Source of the DNA: an uncultured virus (IMG/VR IMGVR_UViG_3300043080_000080)
Taxonomy: Duplodnaviria; Heunggongvirae; Uroviricota; Caudoviricetes
Reading direction: 5' to 3' (one strand)
DNA length: 64,000 bases
Virus record (IMG/VR): IMGVR_UViG_3300043080_000080
Within the stretch, counting starts at the first letter, position 1; every line of letters begins with the position of its first letter. A program made the position numbers and the translations under genes. Below the pieces are notes generated by a model that did no database searches, was not told the DNA's origin, and worked only from the letters and a program-made list of their open reading frames with translations. Of this stretch, positions 60,380 to 64,000 are shown one piece after another.

Positions 60380-60545
60380 TATCGCCATCTCCTTTAAGTT
60401 TATTTTCTGTAGGAACATTCTTCCCTAGGGTTGGATCCCAATGGGTAAATACAGATCCTAAATCATTCATTGGATACTTATTAGTATTCTCTTCTATATG
60501 AGAATCTGGAACATTCACTGTATTTCTAGTAACAATGTAAGGCAT
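60354..60545 (-). CDS. small hypothetical protein
   Basis: AAGGAGAGG RBS before MPYIVT; late motif 60569-60580. Confidence 0.55.
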   Translation of the reverse strand: MPYIVTRNTVNVPDSHIEENTNKYPMNDLGSVFTHWDPTLGKNVPTENKLKGDGDNGKDSRSI

Positions 60546-60641
60546 ATTAAACCTCTCCTTAATAGCTTTAATTAATTGTTCGGGAATAATACTTAAGGCC
60601 AAAAAATATAAGAGGAGGGTTTACACCCTCCTCTTAATCTA

Positions 60642-61196
60642 TTAAGACGCAAGATCTCTCCAATAATCAGTATTCTTAAATACTGCCCCATAAGTATCCT
60701 TATATCCGTAACCATTTAATTGATACAATCCTAATCTGAGATTAGCACTGCAATTAGTATAAACCAAAAGTTCACCAGCGGCTATACTCATTTCTTGGTC
60801 ATTCATGCCCACATTTGAGATATACTGACCAATGTTATATACTGAATCAATATACCACACCAATACTGTTTTATCCTCTTCATCGCCATAATTAATAACA
60901 TAATCTACTTTAGGCCAATAAACTCCAGTATCTTCATTATAATCTACCAATGTTTTATAGTAGAAATGAATCTTTGCTGCATTGACTTTAGACATATCGG
61001 CTATAGCGTCGATATACTTATACATGGCATAGAGATCATCTACTACGTCATTAATCGTATACTTATATTTAAGCAATACACTTTTTCTAAATTTTTCAGG
61101 GAGTTTATCCCATTCTGTGTCTCTAAATTCTCTAAGACAATCCTCTGTCTTAACAATAAGTTTTGCTACTTGGTTTCTGTCAATTCTCATTTGCAT
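60642..61196 (-). CDS. hypothetical protein
   Basis: AGGAGG RBS; hairpin 60609-60636 downstream. Confidence 0.7.
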   Translation of the reverse strand: MQMRIDRNQVAKLIVKTEDCLREFRDTEWDKLPEKFRKSVLLKYKYTINDVVDDLYAMYKYIDAIADMSKVNAAKIHFYYKTLVDYNEDTGVYWPKVDYVINYGDEEDKTVLVWYIDSVYNIGQYISNVGMNDQEMSIAAGELLVYTNCSANLRLGLYQLNGYGYKDTYGAVFKNTDYWRDLAS

Positions 61197-61237
61197 TAGC
61201 CTCCTAGAAAGTGCTGGAATATATTTTTAGTGTTTGG

Positions 61238-61804
61238 TCAAAACACTAATTCCTCTGTTGATATGTCTTGAGCTATAATAATCTTCTGTATATCTTCTGA
61301 TGATAGTATATATTTCCCCACGCTAGGCCGGTCTTTCGCTAGCACTTTAACTATATCAGGAAGATAAACATTCTTTCTTAACGCCTTCCCAAGCTTATTA
61401 TTATAGCATTGAATTAAAAGAAATATAATACGATTAGAATCTCTTCTACTAACTCCAGTATCCATATAATTATTCAGCTCAAATACAAAGCGCATATAAT
61501 GCAGGAACCTTTCAAAATGGATACTTGGTAAATCTCTATACTCTAACCCACACGATTTAGATAAAGCCCTATATATAAACTCTGCTCTATCGGACAGAGA
61601 ATAATCAAGTTCAGGAATACAGTAGTATTCCATTAATTCAAACGCAGAATTATATGCGTTATGTATATATGAACTGCACTCTAAGAACGCCCCTAATCTA
61701 TCTTCAGCATAATCATCCATTGTTATATGGGTTACAGCTTCTAGATTATCATGAATATTCTTAAAGTGTTTATTAATTTCCTCGTACTCTAAGCATCTCG
61801 TAAT
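61238..61804 (-). CDS. hypothetical protein, possible ATT start
   Basis: Frame of 61238..61720 stays open to ATT 61804, which follows GAGGTG. Confidence 0.55.
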   Translation of the reverse strand: MTRCLEYEEINKHFKNIHDNLEAVTHITMDDYAEDRLGAFLECSSYIHNAYNSAFELMEYYCIPELDYSLSDRAEFIYRALSKSCGLEYRDLPSIHFERFLHYMRFVFELNNYMDTGVSRRDSNRIIFLLIQCYNNKLGKALRKNVYLPDIVKVLAKDRPSVGKYILSSEDIQKIIIAQDISTEELVF

Positions 61805-62069
61805 ACACCACCTCTAAAAAAATAATATAAGTAAAATTATACCAATATCCCCCTAAGGGGATATACACGGCATTAGCCACCCACTAGAAAGTATATAGAT
61901 TAATGCGCAAAAGAGTTTATGCGACGATTGTGGTTTGCGTTCTCTTTTTACGTATTAATTTTTATACTTCCTAGAGAGTTTACTAAACCTCTTTGTTACA
62001 CTTCATCTTTATAATATACAATTAAATTTGTACAGTTATACGGGTAGGTTTCCCTACCCGTATATTGTT

Positions 62070-62810
62070 TTAAAGATAGGCTTCGATACAAGCGGCGAGC
62101 TTCTTATTCCATGTGATATTATAACAAATATCAATGACAAGAGTTGCGTCAGGGAGATCAAGCCCAATGTCATAATAGAACTGGCTAACCAATTCGTAAA
62201 TAGATGTAATATCTCTGGCGCAATCCGTAGCATCTCTAAGCTCAAAACTAGCGCCAAGATTAGTAATGTAACGATACAAATCATCTAATCTACAAGCAAC
62301 ATTACATACGTTAATTAACAGCTCATTGCATTCAAGTCGCTTATTTGCATTAGCGTTTGCAGCATCATAATCATAGTATTTACCAAGAAGATCTAACACC
62401 ATTCCAATGATAAACATCTCTTCTTCTCTACCGAGTCTCTTAGCAATAGATGTATTACTACCCTTACCAACCTTTAAATCATACAATGTGCAATAGAAAA
62501 CTTCAGCGCTATGGTAATTATCACCAAGCTCACTATAGCTATCATTCTTAATCATCTTATCTGTAAAGATTTTATTACATGATGCCAGAAGATACTCAAA
62601 TACCTTATCAATATTGATTTTTACACTTGTGGCAAATGTAGGCCATGAAGAAGCAAGATCCTTAATTATTTTATTAGGGACTTTTTCTATACGAATAGTA
62701 CTGTTAGTAGTCTTGTCTTCATTAACTGCAATTTCGGGTGCACTAGTTGTAGTTTCATCTTCGGGAGGGGTATTGCTTTTAAACACTTTAAAATCGTCCA
62801 TTTTGTACAA
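62070..62810 (-). CDS. hypothetical protein
   Basis: AAAGGAG RBS; hairpin 62041-62060 downstream. Confidence 0.7.
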   Translation of the reverse strand: MYKMDDFKVFKSNTPPEDETTTSAPEIAVNEDKTTNSTIRIEKVPNKIIKDLASSWPTFATSVKINIDKVFEYLLASCNKIFTDKMIKNDSYSELGDNYHSAEVFYCTLYDLKVGKGSNTSIAKRLGREEEMFIIGMVLDLLGKYYDYDAANANANKRLECNELLINVCNVACRLDDLYRYITNLGASFELRDATDCARDITSIYELVSQFYYDIGLDLPDATLVIDICYNITWNKKLAACIEAYL

Positions 62811-62863
62811 CTCCTTTAACTAGATTATATAATTGTAATAGATATAGTAAAAAGCAAGTTTGC

Positions 62864-62887
62864 CCGGTAGGGATTTAACCCTACCGG
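62864..62887 (-). terminator. Hairpin terminator after capsid gene
   Basis: CCGGTAGGG-ATTTAA-CCCTACCGG. Confidence 0.7.
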
Positions 62888-62935
62888 ACAGATTACTTAT
62901 GAAAGGAGTTTCTTCAAATGGACAAAAAACAAACC

Positions 62936-64000
62936 TTAGAGCGTATTAGGAGTTGCCTCGTTCAGGCCAGTCTCAGGGTTGTAGTGAGTGTACACTGCAC
63001 CGAGATCGTTGTTGTTGTACTGCTTGCCAATAGGATCAACATTGGGCAGATGCTCACGCAGACCAGTGGGATTGGCAACCATCAGACGACCCTGCACAGG
63101 CTGATAAGCGAAGAACTTATAACGCTGGAATGCAGTCAGTGCGGGCAGGCTGGGATTCTCAGAATCACGGATCTCATTAGAGATATACATCTGATAATCA
63201 TACAGACGATAGACAATACGATTGGTGTTCTTGGGAATCAGCAGAACAATCAGGTTATCGTTTCCAAACAGCTTGTCGGAGCTGATGAAGTTGTAGACAC
63301 GCTTGTCGTTAGTAACAACAGTCTTCTTAAAGGTCAGCTCAACAGGGCCGAGGTTAGCGGGAGCCTGATAGGTATACTCAATAGGAGTGATCTGACGAAT
63401 AAGGCCGGGACGACCAAGGATGCAGATCTCCATGTTGGGATCACGAAGAACAGTCAGCAGGCCAGTGACAAACTGATCAAGAGTGTTCATAAAGGTCTTC
63501 TGCAGCCACTCCAGATGATCGCTATAGTAACCCTGGCGAGGAGCAAAGTCAACAGTCTTAGCAAGCTTATGATCATCATCAAGACGCTTGAAGGACTCAT
63601 CCAGCTCTCCCTTGAGATCGTCATCCTTAACATTCTCAAGAACGTCCTTAATCATGCTCATGTACTTAGTGACCTGGTTGATGCCATACAGAGCACCAAT
63701 GTCCTTAACTTCCTCAGGAGTGATGGGAATAGTAATACCATCATTCTCAGGAATCTGAACAAAGGTCGTACGCTCCTGCCACTCAACACGGTTAGTCTTG
63801 AGCATACGGCTAGAAGCATCATAACGAGCAGTCAGCTTAACAGCCTTGATACTGCCAGCACCAGAGTTAATGGTAAACATATTACCTTCCTGGGTAGCAA
63901 ACAGAGTATCAGCAAAGATATCGCCAGACTCAAGCTTGACATTTACAGGCTGAACGATGACGCGGTTAGCCTCACCATAGCCAGGAGTAAACTCAGCTCT
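62936..64000 (-). CDS. C-terminal part of probable major capsid protein
   Basis: Frame open to window end; strongest high-expression codon bias in window; pattern E.KD..ALY.I.Q..K.M..I..VL...KD resembles jumbo-phage HK97-fold capsids. Confidence 0.65.
   Translation of the reverse strand, partial: RAEFTPGYGEANRVIVQPVNVKLESGDIFADTLFATQEGNMFTINSGAGSIKAVKLTARYDASSRMLKTNRVEWQERTTFVQIPENDGITIPITPEEVKDIGALYGINQVTKYMSMIKDVLENVKDDDLKGELDESFKRLDDDHKLAKTVDFAPRQGYYSDHLEWLQKTFMNTLDQFVTGLLTVLRDPNMEICILGRPGLIRQITPIEYTYQAPANLGPVELTFKKTVVTNDKRVYNFISSDKLFGNDNLIVLLIPKNTNRIVYRLYDYQMYISNEIRDSENPSLPALTAFQRYKFFAYQPVQGRLMVANPTGLREHLPNVDPIGKQYNNNDLGAVYTHYNPETGLNEATPNTL

Noticed and set aside
1..64000. Alternative genetic code (stop reassignment)
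   Set aside because: Long, densely packed ORFs under code 11; TAA, TAG and TGA all end genes at sensible places; only one in-frame stop noticed

Overview
The window is a dense, AT-rich segment of a jumbo myophage genome read in the standard code. It most resembles the AR9/PBS1/phiKZ-like phages that encode their own multisubunit RNA polymerase. The host is probably Bacillota, inferred from GGAGG RBSs, a YdbC/PC4 protein and GH73/CHAP lysins. Left to right it holds: the C-terminal part of a giant tail protein with five putative peptidoglycan-hydrolase/peptidase domains; M23/baseplate genes and RusA; a block of inner-head-type proteins with E-S/E-A maturation-like sites; thyA and dUTPase; a three-copy cassette array of small basic proteins; early accessory genes; tRNA-Leu(UAA); gp25/gp26-like baseplate genes with a probable -1 frameshift; an RNAP beta-prime fragment (NADYDGD); primase, DHH, a candidate sigma-like RNAP subunit and a GroEL-like chaperonin; and the 3' part of the probable major capsid gene. 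Two promoter-like motif classes recur: early-type YATATTATA-N3-GTG and late-type ACA-N6-TAA. The late motif matches the AR9 consensus even though thyA and dut imply thymine DNA. The most striking candidate system is at 26.8-28.4 kb: T4-IP-like cassettes with conserved ends, variable cores and junction repeats, each with a poly-C tract in its leader. One copy is in frame, one is frameshifted (C11) and one carries a nonsense codon, suggesting phase-variable choice of capsid cargo. All functional calls come from motif recognition by eye; no searches were run.
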